From Acanthaster planci (taxonomy: Eukaryota): DNA of 64,000 nucleotides. The notes under the pieces are model-generated. The model was not told the origin of the DNA and did not search any database. It saw only the letters and a program-made list of their open reading frames with translations. The stretch is taken from assembly GCF_001949145.1 (NCBI RefSeq), contig NW_019091358.1:2242240-2306239 (forward strand), written 5' to 3'. Shown piece by piece: positions 1-12,006 of this stretch (its first letter is position 1; each line of letters starts with the position of its first letter). The position numbers and the translations under genes are program-made.

Positions 1-50
1 AAACTCGGCTTGACGCGAGTCACAAAGGTCATTTACTCGCTACAACTCTA
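1..50. mobile_element. Terminal fragment of a second GACTCGAGTC-type element, cut by the window edge
   Basis: GAGTCACAAAGGTCATTTACTCGCTACAACTCTA aligns without gaps to 27395-27428 GAGTCACAAAAAGCAGTGACTCGAGACAACACTA. Confidence 0.55.
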
Positions 51-249
51 AACGAGGTCAATTAATGAGTAAACATGCATTCCCTACTTCATAGCAAGAA
101 GTATACAAATGTAGGGCCATTATCGAAGTCATCAATGACATGATTAGGAAGATATCAGAAGTCCTCTGCTGGAAATGTCTATGTACTGCTTCTCTTTACG
201 TGGATAAAACAGTCTATATAAATAGTTCGTTGGTTTTTCTCTGAGGCTT

Positions 250-500
250 GTCAGTATTTGCCAATGATGGTCGACGTTGCAGTTGACAGGCAAGAACCAC
301 TTCCTCTTGGCAGGCCTTACCAGCCGCACATTGTGCTTCCTATCCACGAGCTTCCTTGGCAGTGACATCGATGAATGGCGTCAAGCTGAGCTGTACCGTT
401 CTGCATCTGACCTTAAGAGGATCTCTCTTATTGTGCCTGTTGGAAAGTCTGATGGTGAGCTCTCGTTTCACATGCTGCAAGAATGCCCTTGGCTTCACGA
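250..500 (-). mobile_element. Decayed C-terminus of an Academ-like DNA transposase (H..RA..Q motif and Cys-rich zinc finger)
   Basis: Minus strand with frameshifts reads 'AFLQHVKR/AHHQTF', then 'CAAGKAC/.RGSGSCLSTATSTIIGKY'. This resembles the A..QH..RA.YQ motif and C-terminal Cys8 finger of Academ transposases as I recall them. Confidence 0.55.
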
Positions 501-3500
501 TAATTATTCACTTTAATAGTTGCATATCTTTTCTATTAACAAACGCAAGTCTTTAGCAATAAGGCACCAGGTGTGGTTCGGCCGAGTAATAATGGGCGGC
601 AACTCCTCTGTCCCCATAGCAATTGCACCAGGCAATTTTAGAAGCACAACTACAAAAGAGGGAGCTTAGTGCTTCCCTAAATACAAAATGTTAACCTGTT
701 AACCGGTGATGATATCATACCTTGGAAACAAAAACAAATTTGTCAAAGGAACCAGATTGAGTTACAATGAGAAAATTATTTATATTGGTTTTGTTGACAC
801 TGACATCTGAACAAATATGCATCTTGTTTTGTAAAGATCCAAGAAACAGGTAAGTTTACTCATACATGAACGTAATTTTTTAAATTCATTAAATTAATCA
901 TAGCTTATGCCATTTTGGGTTGCCGTAGCCTTTCTTAAGACCATAATTCACGTGTTATCAACACGTGCTTATGTGTGGGACAGTTTGAATCCTGAAAGAT
1001 TCATCTGTGGAATTTGAAGCGCAGCGAAATATTTTAATAAATTAAAGTTACTTTGTACACTGATTCAGGACAAATTTTATGCGTAACGAAGAAAAATAGC
1101 CGTGGAAGTGTTGGTATGCTTTCCAATCTTCAACTGTCAATGTCATTATTTTTTTATTTTCAACGTAATTAAACCGCTTTTTTAGCATGCATGAATCTGT
1201 AAAGGAATACAGCTGCAGCGTTCAATCACTTGCATGATATTATTTAAGAACGAAAATTCCATGGCGGTCCCTTGGAAAGCAAAGCACGCTCTGTCTCCAT
1301 TTTAAAACTGACTTACCAAATGTTTCAACAAGTCAACGCGTGCATGCATCCGACGAAGGAGAAATAATAAAATATTGGACACGTGATGGTTAGTAATGTA
1401 CTCTATGTACTGTCTTAGTGTCATTTGCCAACTTGATGAGAGAAAAATTGGGTTCCAAGTAAGTGGTAAGGCAGCATACAGTGCAGTATGCCGTCTGAAA
1501 CATAAGGCCTGAGTGTAGTCTGGACTATAAACAATCTTGCCCTTTTCACTTTCCTGAACTTACCACATTTGTAACCAAGACAAACACGAAAAGTGACTTG
1601 CTTGTTTCTTTGTCCTTCTGCAGTGTTTGCAGAGGCGCCCTCGTGGGAGATAAATCAATGATTGACGCTGGCTGAGAAGTCAAAATTTCCAGGTGGTGAG
1701 GACATATCAACCTAATAGAAATCAAACCAGGCAAGCAAAAGCTTGACTTTGGGCAAGTTCAGCTTGAGGCACTCGTGCTTTAACGCCTAACACATATTTT
1801 GGTGAAAAGATTAGAAATATCAATTTGCCTGAGGCACAGATTTCCGTAATGCTACGTGTCAATCAGATTGATTGATCGACCAACCTAGCTGTTGTTTCCA
1901 GTCTCTTTGGTTGAAAAGTGTTTACTCTGTTCCCATAAGAGCATTAATGACAGCAAGCAGGAAGTGCATGTGTTCAAAACTAAATAGACAAACGGATTCA
2001 TTATTTAGGCCTGCAGTGGAAATAAATCATTACAACTTGGAGAGACTATGCAGCAATTCAACAGACACTAAAAGTACGAGCGTATATGAGTTCCGCAAAT
2101 GGTTTACTATAGGCTAACACCGTTCAGATGGTATGGTAGCACTTGACATATGGACGAATCCTAGATTCAACATTGAGCGGGGATTGCTAACGTGTTTTTC
2201 GGAGCTGAATTTCCACTCTGAAAGTATCCGTCAGACCCTCCATACAGGGGGATAACTCAGTTTTAATGTATCGACAAAATGCTCCTTGGAATACAAATTA
2301 CTCCAGTCGCCCCAACCTGGGGAGAAAAATCCCTATCGTCTTTGTAACTGTGCATTTTATCTTTTGCCGCCGTTAGTGAGAAATTCATCGTTCTTAAATC
2401 TGGTACCGGTATGCAAGGCATGCCTGTTATACTACGAGACGGGGCCAAAGGTGGCGACCGTCATTTATCACGGATTTAAGAGCCAGGGCATGCACCGTGT
2501 TGGGAAACAAGATCTGTTTTCCATGCATTTTCAGTGTTGGTTTTAGCTTTTGTGACTGATGTAAACTGTTTAATAAAGGACAACTTCAACTCTTTTGCGG
2601 GGACTGAACGCAACAGTAGCCATACCGACATGCGGCTTCTTACCGTGTATTACTTAGTTCACTTTACGTAAATGATGCCAAATGGGAAAGACTTAAACAT
2701 ATCCATCAAGTTATATTACCCATGCATGTTTGCCACCAGGTACCATTATACGGGGAATGAAGCTTGTCCCCAGCTCAGACTCAAGTAACAATGCATTCGA
2801 GATCATAAGCACCGTGTAGGAAGTGCATGTGGGCGTCCTGCGGGCAGACCGGCCCGGTTAATACCTCTTAATACATTCTGAAAATGTTTTCTTGAGCCAA
2901 ATTGTTGATGGCAGATAGATTAAACATCCCACAACGACAATGGCGGAGCATCAAACCGAATTGTTTTCTTGCTTGGGTTCCATAAAGTTCATTTAACTGC
3001 CACTGTCTTTGAACAGGTGAAGCTTTGGAGACATCTCTTAACTACGTTGGCGGCGATGTTTTAAACATTTGAAACCAATTTGTAACAAAATAATGGGGCC
3101 GACAACAAAGCAAATCAAACACTTAAACAATGGAGAGGTATCCTCAATTAGTAAACAGTGGTAAATTTAATGGAGTAAGTTTTTCTGGGAAACACCTTTT
3201 CACATAGGTCTTTCCATTAAAAACAAAGTTTAAGAAAATTTGAAATAAATGTGACAATAAAATTTGTATTTCCTCGGTCTTTGAACTAAAAAAATACTAT
3301 CATGAAGAGAATCATTGCTTTTATATGTAACCTCTTGCAGAAACCGAACGATGATTTGGGAATTATTATTCTGGAATGAGCCTTTTATTCATTTTCGACG
3401 ATAATTAATGGCTTATTAAGATGGCTACTTTTGCTCATTCTAGTAATCTGCTAGTTTCTGTTACCTGGAGGACAGGTGACGCTGTAATTATTAGCTTACC

Positions 3501-4874
3501 CGCTATTATGTCAAAAATTGTAAGCTGATAAGTTTAACCTTATAACTTTTCTTATAATGTTTGTTGTATTGGGCCCTAAAATCACGTCTAGTACTGTCCT
3601 GCGACAGACTTTGTGTTACGCATAGTGACAAAGCATTTCAATTACGAATAAACGCTGCTTTTCGTAATGTGCTTACATAGAAACGACTACTGTACATACT
3701 CACGTGTCAAAACTCATGTCTTTCTATAAAACAATGTTGCTCAGTACACTTCGGTAAAGGATAAATACCATACATATTCTTGAGTAAAGAGCCCACTATA
3801 ACGCCAGAGGTAACGACTAGCCATCAACTCACTGCCCACTGTTCTTAAATATTACATTACGTGCGTTCAATTAGCTTGTAACCAGCAGCCCTGACCTGGA
3901 GATGGCCGCATGTGCCGTGTCAACCATGCGAGACGGTAGGGACGAAATTAAACTAGGATCAACTTGTGAAACCTAATGGAACGCATCCAAAGCCTGGATT
4001 CGTCAGTATTTCCATCAGGTGCCTTCCGGGTAGGGCATTGAGGGTTGCAGTACTTGAATCAACGGGCATTCGTCGATAGATATCTAAGGTCCTCCTGAAC
4101 TTTTGCTAAACCTTTGGATTCACAACACCCGACATAGAGGAAAAGCCCACCCGTGTATCTCATGTTTTTGCAGAGCGAAAAACTAGTAAGCAAAACAATC
4201 TTTGCATTTTAACGTGTCTTATTTAGCCTTAAATTTGGTGGGTTGTTAAATAAAGAAGACGACAGTTTTGTCACAAGGCTTCCCTCGGATTTTTGCGTGC
4301 AGGTCTGTCGTACTCTCGCACTTATTTCGTGAGATCTTTAGTATTGAACGAGTACAGTGGTGTAGGAACTGTTAGGAAAATAGTGCACAGTTGAGGGCTG
4401 GGGCTGAGATTACTCTTGTCTTTTTTCACGTACGTCAGTTTTACAGCTTCAGTAAATATCCTAAATGTCTCTTACAATGTCAGATTGGCATACATATACA
4501 GTAAGGGAAAAACAACTTGCAGGGAATTACACGTTCAAAAGATTTACAGTGACACGCACAACAATTTCCAAAAGGGTTTTTTACTTGACATTTATTAGGT
4601 ATATTGGTATTTATACACGCTATACGACTTTCATACACCAGTAAGCAATTTATATTGATGAATACATTTTAGAAATGTTTAATTCAGTCTCATTTTTACA
4701 ACACTCACGTCATTCCTAGTACTTGTTTTGTCTAGGGCCCGCTGGTTAAATGAGTAACGGCAAGATGATTAAAAGCCTTTGTCAGTGAGTAAACCAGCAT
4801 CGTTCCACAAATTTACAGTGCTATACACACGACTTTGAACTAAACTCTGCTCGAATATGCCCTTTATATGCATA

Positions 4875-5554
4875 CAGTTGTTATGCTCGGCCCTCTCAAG
4901 GAAAAAGGGTGTGTGTCTTTTTTTCTCTTGTTCTATGTTTCAATTTCTGTGGTAAGATAATTTCTGGGACGTTGAGGGCGCTTGTTTCATTGAGAAAAGA
5001 TCCTGAGCTCATACGAGTGTATCTTTCTGGAGATGGCAGGTGTTATGTTCAACACTTTTTTACTCTTCATCGTTGATTTCTTAGACAGAAGTGTGTATTT
5101 ACTAGATACACTGCATAAATTAGTGTGTGTGTGTGTTTAAGTAAGACGACTTTCTTGCAATACATGTGTTTAGTATGAAAATATACTATTTTCTAACAGT
5201 AGAGTTTTAGAGTGAGTGAGTATGATACATCTCAAGACACACCCTGTTGCCTTATTACGAGTCTTTGTATAAACTGAGCCCTTTTAAGTATATACGACAA
5301 CATGTGCTATCTCGAGATACACCCTTTTGCCACATTGATTAATTTTACAATAGATATATCACTTTACCTCCAAGAAAATATTGTCAAAATTGCGAGTGAT
5401 ATTTTTGTGGCAAATGGGTTTAGCTTTTCTTCAGTGTTTTTTCTGTGGAATTATGCGCTTCAATGCCGTGGAACATTTGAAGTGGATTTTTTTTTCAGAA
5501 ATCAATTTTAGGAGATGCACCCTTTTGCCATCGGGGAGCCGCGCCGCACCACTC
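4875..5554. mobile_element. Old MITE with ~40-bp degenerate TIRs and subterminal GATACACCCTTTT repeats
   Basis: Left CAGTTGTTATGCTCGGCCCTCTCAAGGAAAAAGGGTG aligns without gaps to the reverse complement of the right end, GAGTGGTGCGGCGCGGCTCCCCGATGGCAAAAGGGTG. The GA(T/C)(A/G)CACCC motif recurs near 5235, 5315 and 5514. Confidence 0.55.
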
Positions 5555-8500
5555 TCTGCTATGTATCTATAATGTAACACCAATCTGGCAGGTAGCGCTG
5601 GTGAGGAAATGAATTTCCAGGATGTACAATCACAACTGTCTGTCTCCCAGGCATACAGGTGCACTAATTGTTCTTGTCTATCTTGTAAGCTGCAGTGATC
5701 GATTCTGATTGGTAGTAATTGTGTCCATGTTAAAAATGAGAAAAACATGGAAACTAGGTTGGCAAAATTTCGATCTACATTTAAGAGATAAGCAGTACAA
5801 AGGACGGATGGGCACTTGGTTTGCGATTAGGGAGCGACCGCACGTGATGTAAAATATCAAACTCGGTAAACTGCATTCCCTATAAGAAGAGTTTCAAGAT
5901 CGTCTTAGATTGAAAACAAATGACTTGATTTTCAGCCGATAAAGGATACTGCCTTGTAAAATTTCCTGCCTGTAGGAGCCCATGGGTGCTCTATTGAACG
6001 AGATTTTTTTTCCACTTTGTTGCTAGCCTGGTAACATATCGATCCATGTTTATTTATATGTAGGGCTCTGTTCACTTCTCGCCACGCAACAAAACAAAAG
6101 TGGCATCAGGGTTAATCAACGTATCGTAAACTTTTGCCCATTAACTGGAACGAGTTATCAACTAGCATTAGTAAATTCATATGGGCGTGCGGTTTCAATA
6201 TAGTGTCGAATTTCTGTCGAAAATTATGAAACTCGCAAAGTGGATTGGTGTCAAGAATAATTAGCAATATAGTTCACCATTTCAGTTTAATCATGGCTGT
6301 GACAACCTTAATTATTTATTACCTAAAATTATATCAAACACAACTGGACAATAAATTGGTAAGATTAAACTGCGCCATAGCATATACATTTACCAAACTG
6401 ATGAGAAATCAGAATGCCTATATCAAGAGTAAAGTAATTGATAAATTATTGTAGTTGTTGATATCTCAACCAAAGGACTTCGAAAAACGGTCATAAACAT
6501 CATTAGAAGAAACGCAGTTTGTAGGCCTACCGAATATCACAATTGGATTAACCAATTGAGTCGCCAAACAAGCCACACATTTTTAAAAATATTTCATCAC
6601 CACAGTGCCATTTAAAGCCATAAATAGTCCTACTTGTACTAATAACCTGTTAGCGTCACCTGCATGTTTATGGGATGTTTGGGATTTTAGGTGAAATTGC
6701 TACTATGGGAGAAAATTGCCCTTCGCAGTACAAACCATTCCATTCAGTGCCACTGAAATATTTCAACCACTTTTGGTATAAAGGATATTCTTAAACTGAA
6801 TAGTTCATCCTTTCCTACAGGTAAGATCTCCAGCCTAATACATGTGACTCTAACGTTCAGACAAAAGCTGAGTTAATAAGAAAGCCATCTTGACAGTTTT
6901 TCCCACCGTTTTAATTTTAGATCCTTAAATTGTATTGAGTCCAAATTCCAAATACCTGTTCACAGTTACAACGCATAGACTGTGGGAAATGTTATTATTT
7001 AAACAATCGTGTGTTATTCACATTTTCATCCACTTAGACTTGATAACTGGCGCGTCATTAAATTACGATTTGCATTCTGCACATAATTACATAGTCAACA
7101 TAAAATATTTCTATCTGGTTTCTAATAATCAACAGCGTCAAGCATTAAAAGTGGTCAGACTTGTTTCTTCTTATTCTCAATAACAATGACAACGAAACCT
7201 TTATTTAAAACGCCAAATTATCAGTTACCAGCCCATTTTGTGGAAGGTGGCTTAATGCATTGAAATTCGTGGATAATAAGTACCTAAAACCGAATTATGA
7301 AGAACGATCAGTGAGACAAAAGTGTCTACAAAGCTAGACTTTTTTCCACATTGCCAGCACCCTTGATTATATATGTCCAGTTTCATCTGTAATACACAAT
7401 ATTGACTTCAACAAGAAAATGCGCAGATAATTGGTCATTCCTTTTCTGGGTCAACTACATACTTTGTTGCTACTATAGGACAGTGGCATTATTTCTTAGA
7501 TGCATTTGGGGGTCAAAGGTCGACTCATGTTCAAGATTCATTACAATATCATACACACCAAGTCTAGAGGAGTGACCCTGTTCTACCTATGTTTCAAGGA
7601 CAAGAAACAAGCGAACAGACAAAACAAAAATCTATCGGCTGGTACCAAGCAAACGATAAATTTCTTTTAAATGGCCCACCACGCGTTCAAACTGTTTTTA
7701 CAGTTTGTGTTCCAGTCAGAAAATTGTATTCACAGTTTCTCCCAAGACTGAAAAGATTCAGAAACAATGAAAAAAACAATGACATTGACAAAACAATACA
7801 ATGACAAAAAGAGACAATAAGAAAGAAACAGACTGGGATAAAGGAAAATTTCTGTCGGAATGAATCACTCTGATTAAGACGGTAATGTTCCCCGTGGAAA
7901 AAAAATTCCGTGCCTCAGTTCTTATAATATATCAACCATTACCAGCCCAGAAACAGGTGCCTAAACAGCCATATCGACAACCTTTAAATCTCCAAAGAAA
8001 AACTGCAAACGAGGCTGTCGATATTTAGCGCTCTGTGTGTATGATCAAAGGAAGGCCAGTTGACCTAGGGTATTTAAAGGTCCCAAGATCAAACCTTCTG
8101 GTCAAACGTCAAAAAATGACAAACAGCAACGGATAATATTCACCATAGTAGTTGTTGAACGTAGTGGGGCAAAACATCGTCTTCGTTATTGTCGGTTAGT
8201 TCAGTCACATGTATCTGTTTCACTAATTTAAAAAAGAAAAAAGGGAAACCCAAAACATGAGAGTCAGTGTTACAATATCCGTCCGTTAGTTTTTCGTCTG
8301 TCTGAACAGTATGTGTATATTTTCTTTCATTCTGCTGTTGCTTATGGATAATTCTTCACAATTAAACGATTTTCATTCTTCTGAAAGTGGACTCGGGTTA
8401 ACCCTGAAACAGTACTAACTCCCTAAAGGCATATGCAAAGGTAATTGGTGGTGCTCAATTTGCAAATGGTTTTGCTCCTAGTCATTTGTCTATATTTAAC

Positions 8501-9133
8501 GCTGTCATTGCGAATATTACCATGTCTAGTGTCCCTACTTGAAGGTAGTTGAGATTATATTGATCATCCCATGCTGATGACATGTCAGTGTCATGTAAAA
8601 AAGAGAACGTGGGAAGTTTCTCTCTTCCCTGAAGTACCACGAGACAGAATGCGTCACCAAAGTCGGTCACCAATGAGGACGCAGGCAAAGCTGGGAATAT
8701 ATGACGGTAGGAAATGGGCTTCGTGTCTCAGACATCTCATCTTTGACAAGAAGCCGAAATATTGATGCAGGTATTAGCCTCGAGGTAATGTCAAATCAAA
8801 TTCCTACATTTCCTCGACTCTCGGCTAACGGCAAGCTGCCGTTTAACTGACCGACATTTTTCATTAAGTCTGATTAAACCCATCAAATAGACCTGATCAA
8901 AGAAACCTGTCCGCTACAGCTGAGTTGATGGAGTCATTAACCGAGACTTCCTCTCTCGTATGACTAGTACAAATATAGGGACTGATTTTGACAATCAAGT
9001 CAAGCTTCACTACACCGGATGGGGGCATGTAGGAATCAAGCTCAAGGACTGATCAAGACAACAATCGGTCTCCAGACATTGCGTTGTCTTCTTCACTAGC
9101 TCCATATTTTGTCCCCCCCACCGATGGTCTCGA

Positions 9134-9315
9134 AAACCATCATATATTGTAACTGAAATCATATAATGTAACTGACGCAGGACACTCATATATATATAAA
9201 CCATCATATATTGTAAACTGAAATCATATAATGTAATTGACGCAGGACACTCATATATATATAAACCATCATATATTGTAACTGAAATCATATAATGTAA
9301 CTGACGCAGGACACT
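9134..9315. repeat. Minisatellite, ~2.8 near-identical copies of a 64-65-bp unit
   Basis: Unit AAACCATCATATATTGTAACTGAAATCATATAATGTAACTGACGCAGGACACTCATATATATAT starts at 9134, 9198 and 9263. Confidence 0.95.
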
Positions 9316-11395
9316 TAAGTGATTTGTTTTTATTTCTACATCCTTATCCATGCCTTGTTGGCCTAATCTAAAATGTGTAATCACGTTATTGTTTTGAGAT
9401 GAAACACACCAGATGGAGAAATTATTTACGCTGAAAAAAGACATTTTTTTTTATATTTACAAAGCTTTCGTCAAATTGAACATAGTTCTTTAAAAATTAA
9501 TTGTACAAGTATTTTTTCTTTTTTTATCCTGTGTGTAATATTTTCTACTTTCGTTTATTGTTTTCAAAGTGCCATTTTGTTGGCTTTTTCTCCGTTATGC
9601 CTAGTGTCTTGAATATTTTCACATGTTGAATTGTTGTGATTGTCCTTTTTGTGTTTATGATTTTGTGTGGTTTGAACAAGCGTTCATTCTTATCTTTTTC
9701 AGTGTTGGACTTCTTATAACTTTAGTTTTTTCCTTGACAGCCCCTGAACAACTTCATTGTTTCAGATCTATCAATAAAATAAAGAAATATATACATAAAC
9801 TATAGATCAGGCAAAGAAAAATTAATAAGGTCTTATTTTGAGATAGATATTTTGCCTTGATTCAGCAACAAATATGGTCCAATTCTCCAAGAACTTTACA
9901 AGAACGCAAAATGTGCGCAGTTTTCAAGGATTATGTAATTTAGTCTTGTAATGATATTTATTTGTTCATGGAAAATTGGAGTTCTTTTTCTTTGCTTCAG
10001 TTGAGGTGTCTTTGTGACAACTCAATGACAAATGTACAGTTGCAAGATTACGCTACAAAACTGATTATTTGTACTAACGAGAAGCTAGGTAAACACTCAA
10101 ACGCAAGATATTTAGACAACTACTGTCATAGTTACTGTTGTTCCTTCAAGATAATGTGGAATATATATACGTATCTACATTAAAAGAAAATGGTTAAAAA
10201 TAGTATAAAATGAAAACAAAAAGTACCCGTGCCTGGGACGTATAATTCTATGTACTATATACAGAATTAATGATATCGATTTCCAATGATTTCGAAGGTA
10301 CAGGTATAATATCCGACATTTTCTCTTTCAGGCAAAATTCTTCAAATTCACTAAAACGACAATTTGCAGCAAAGAAAAAAAAATGTGAATATGCTGCAGA
10401 TCACACAGACGATAGAAATAGTCGGCCGATAAAAACAATTGATAGCCTGAAAGATTTTTCTTTTTCCGTGTTTTTTTGTTTTTTTTTTGTTTTTGTTTTT
10501 GTTTAAGAAAACAGGTACAATCACAGGCACTGCTTATGAACATTAACAATAAAACGCCATAGCTGTTGGAATACACATAATAGTCAGTAGCGGTAGAAAT
10601 AAAGATGTACATCTTGAGAGCTGTCCAAAGATGTGTTACTCTTGCACAAACTGCATCTTTTTCCTTATTTGAAATATTTCAAATGTAAGGAAAACACTCA
10701 GCCTAAAAGAAAATCCTTATCTCTACAAAATCGTACATTTGTTGCAACCTCATTTAATTCATTTCAAGCCTCATGACAATGCAACAATCTGCAATGTAGT
10801 AAAATCGCACTTGTGATCTTTAGAATTTTAGGCAAATGTTATGATTAATTGTAACACATTGTGTGGACAAGCACATACACAATCACGTACTGTCAAAGCG
10901 TTTGGGAACGCGGCAAATTTAAATCTGCAAAGCGCTCACGTGGCGCCGCCATGGTCGACGCAGCTACACGTCCTGAGCAGGCTGTCTTGTTTTGAAACTT
11001 GTTGGGGACTCGACCAGAAATCTGCAAACAGTAATGCCGATAAAGGAATCCATTAGCCGTGTCATACTCGATGAGGTAAGTCAAAAGTACGTCTAGTCCA
11101 GTGCAGAGCGGGTCGATTTCTTCCAATCAATTTCCGACGACGATGGCATTCCAGTCTGCGAGTGTCTTCGTCATTTTAACAAGAAGACCCAATAGTAAGA
11201 GGTTACTGCCCTAGGACCACTGAGAGATCTCGGTGCCAACAAAAAAGAGACTGATCGGTCACTCTTAATAGAATTCCAAATTGTAAATGTACATATATTT
11301 CCTACCAAAAACAAAGCCTGCGTTGATGCGTCGTGGTTGTCTACATTGATGCTTTTAAAGGCGTTAGAACTCAAGAGGATACGGGATTGGTATAG

Positions 11396-12006
11396 TCACA
11401 CTTTAGTATCACAAGTGTTCACGGACGAATATTCATTGACGTACTTGCCAATCTTCTTGTATGTGGTGGATGGACCCATGCTTTTTGTGTCCGTGCATTC
11501 GTTGGGGGCTGAGCAGGACAGTACCCGTTTGAAGTGTTTCTTAAAACTGGCCGTCGTGAAAGCATATATAAAGGGGTTGGTTAGACTGTTGGCATAGGAC
11601 AGGCAAAACGCAAAGAACCGTAAGACGGTCACAGCCATTCGAGTTGGCATACTGAGATCGAAGGGCTCCTGGAACTTCTCCCAGAGTATCATGCAGTGGA
11701 TGGGCGCCCAGCAGACTGCAAACAGGAGAACCACGATGAACACCATGCGTGTGATCTTACGCTTCTGGCGGATGGACCGCTCGTGGGCCTGGGCGCTTTC
11801 GGTGCCTGCTGATGTTTTCCGCCACACAATAACAAGAATCTTAGCGTAGCACATGAGGATGACGACTAAGGGGATCACGTACATTGAGAGAAACGAGCCC
11901 AAGTAGTAGAACCTGGCGTCTCTCCCATTCTGTCCCATCTTCATAAAACATTTATCATTCTCCAGAACGTAGAATATGGCAACTGGACTGTGCACGACAA
12001 AGGAAC
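11396..12006 (-). CDS. Same GPCR, coding exon 3 (end of TM4, ECL2, TM5-TM7, helix 8, C-tail, stop)
   Basis: Acceptor tttttacag|GT TCC at 12008-12007 (phase 1 completes Gly). ECL2 Cys 'NDKCF'; TM5 'MYVIPLVVILMCY'; TM6 'KITRMVFIVVLLFAVCWAPIH'; TM7 'SYANSLTNPFIY'; helix 8 'FKKHFKRVLSC'; ends 'CDTKV' + TGA. The first ~32 aa of the track ORF are intronic. Confidence 0.95.

Noticed and set aside
1565..1710. Exon-like segment on the minus strand (TAG|...|GTAAGT) with an open frame 'LICPHHLE...'
   Set aside because: No partner exons or recognisable domain; could be chance or a decayed transposon exon.
9010..9444. 144-aa ORF with internal repeats, and a possible CRISPR-like array
   Set aside because: It is a head-to-tail 64-bp minisatellite with no unique spacers, in a eukaryotic context with no cas genes.
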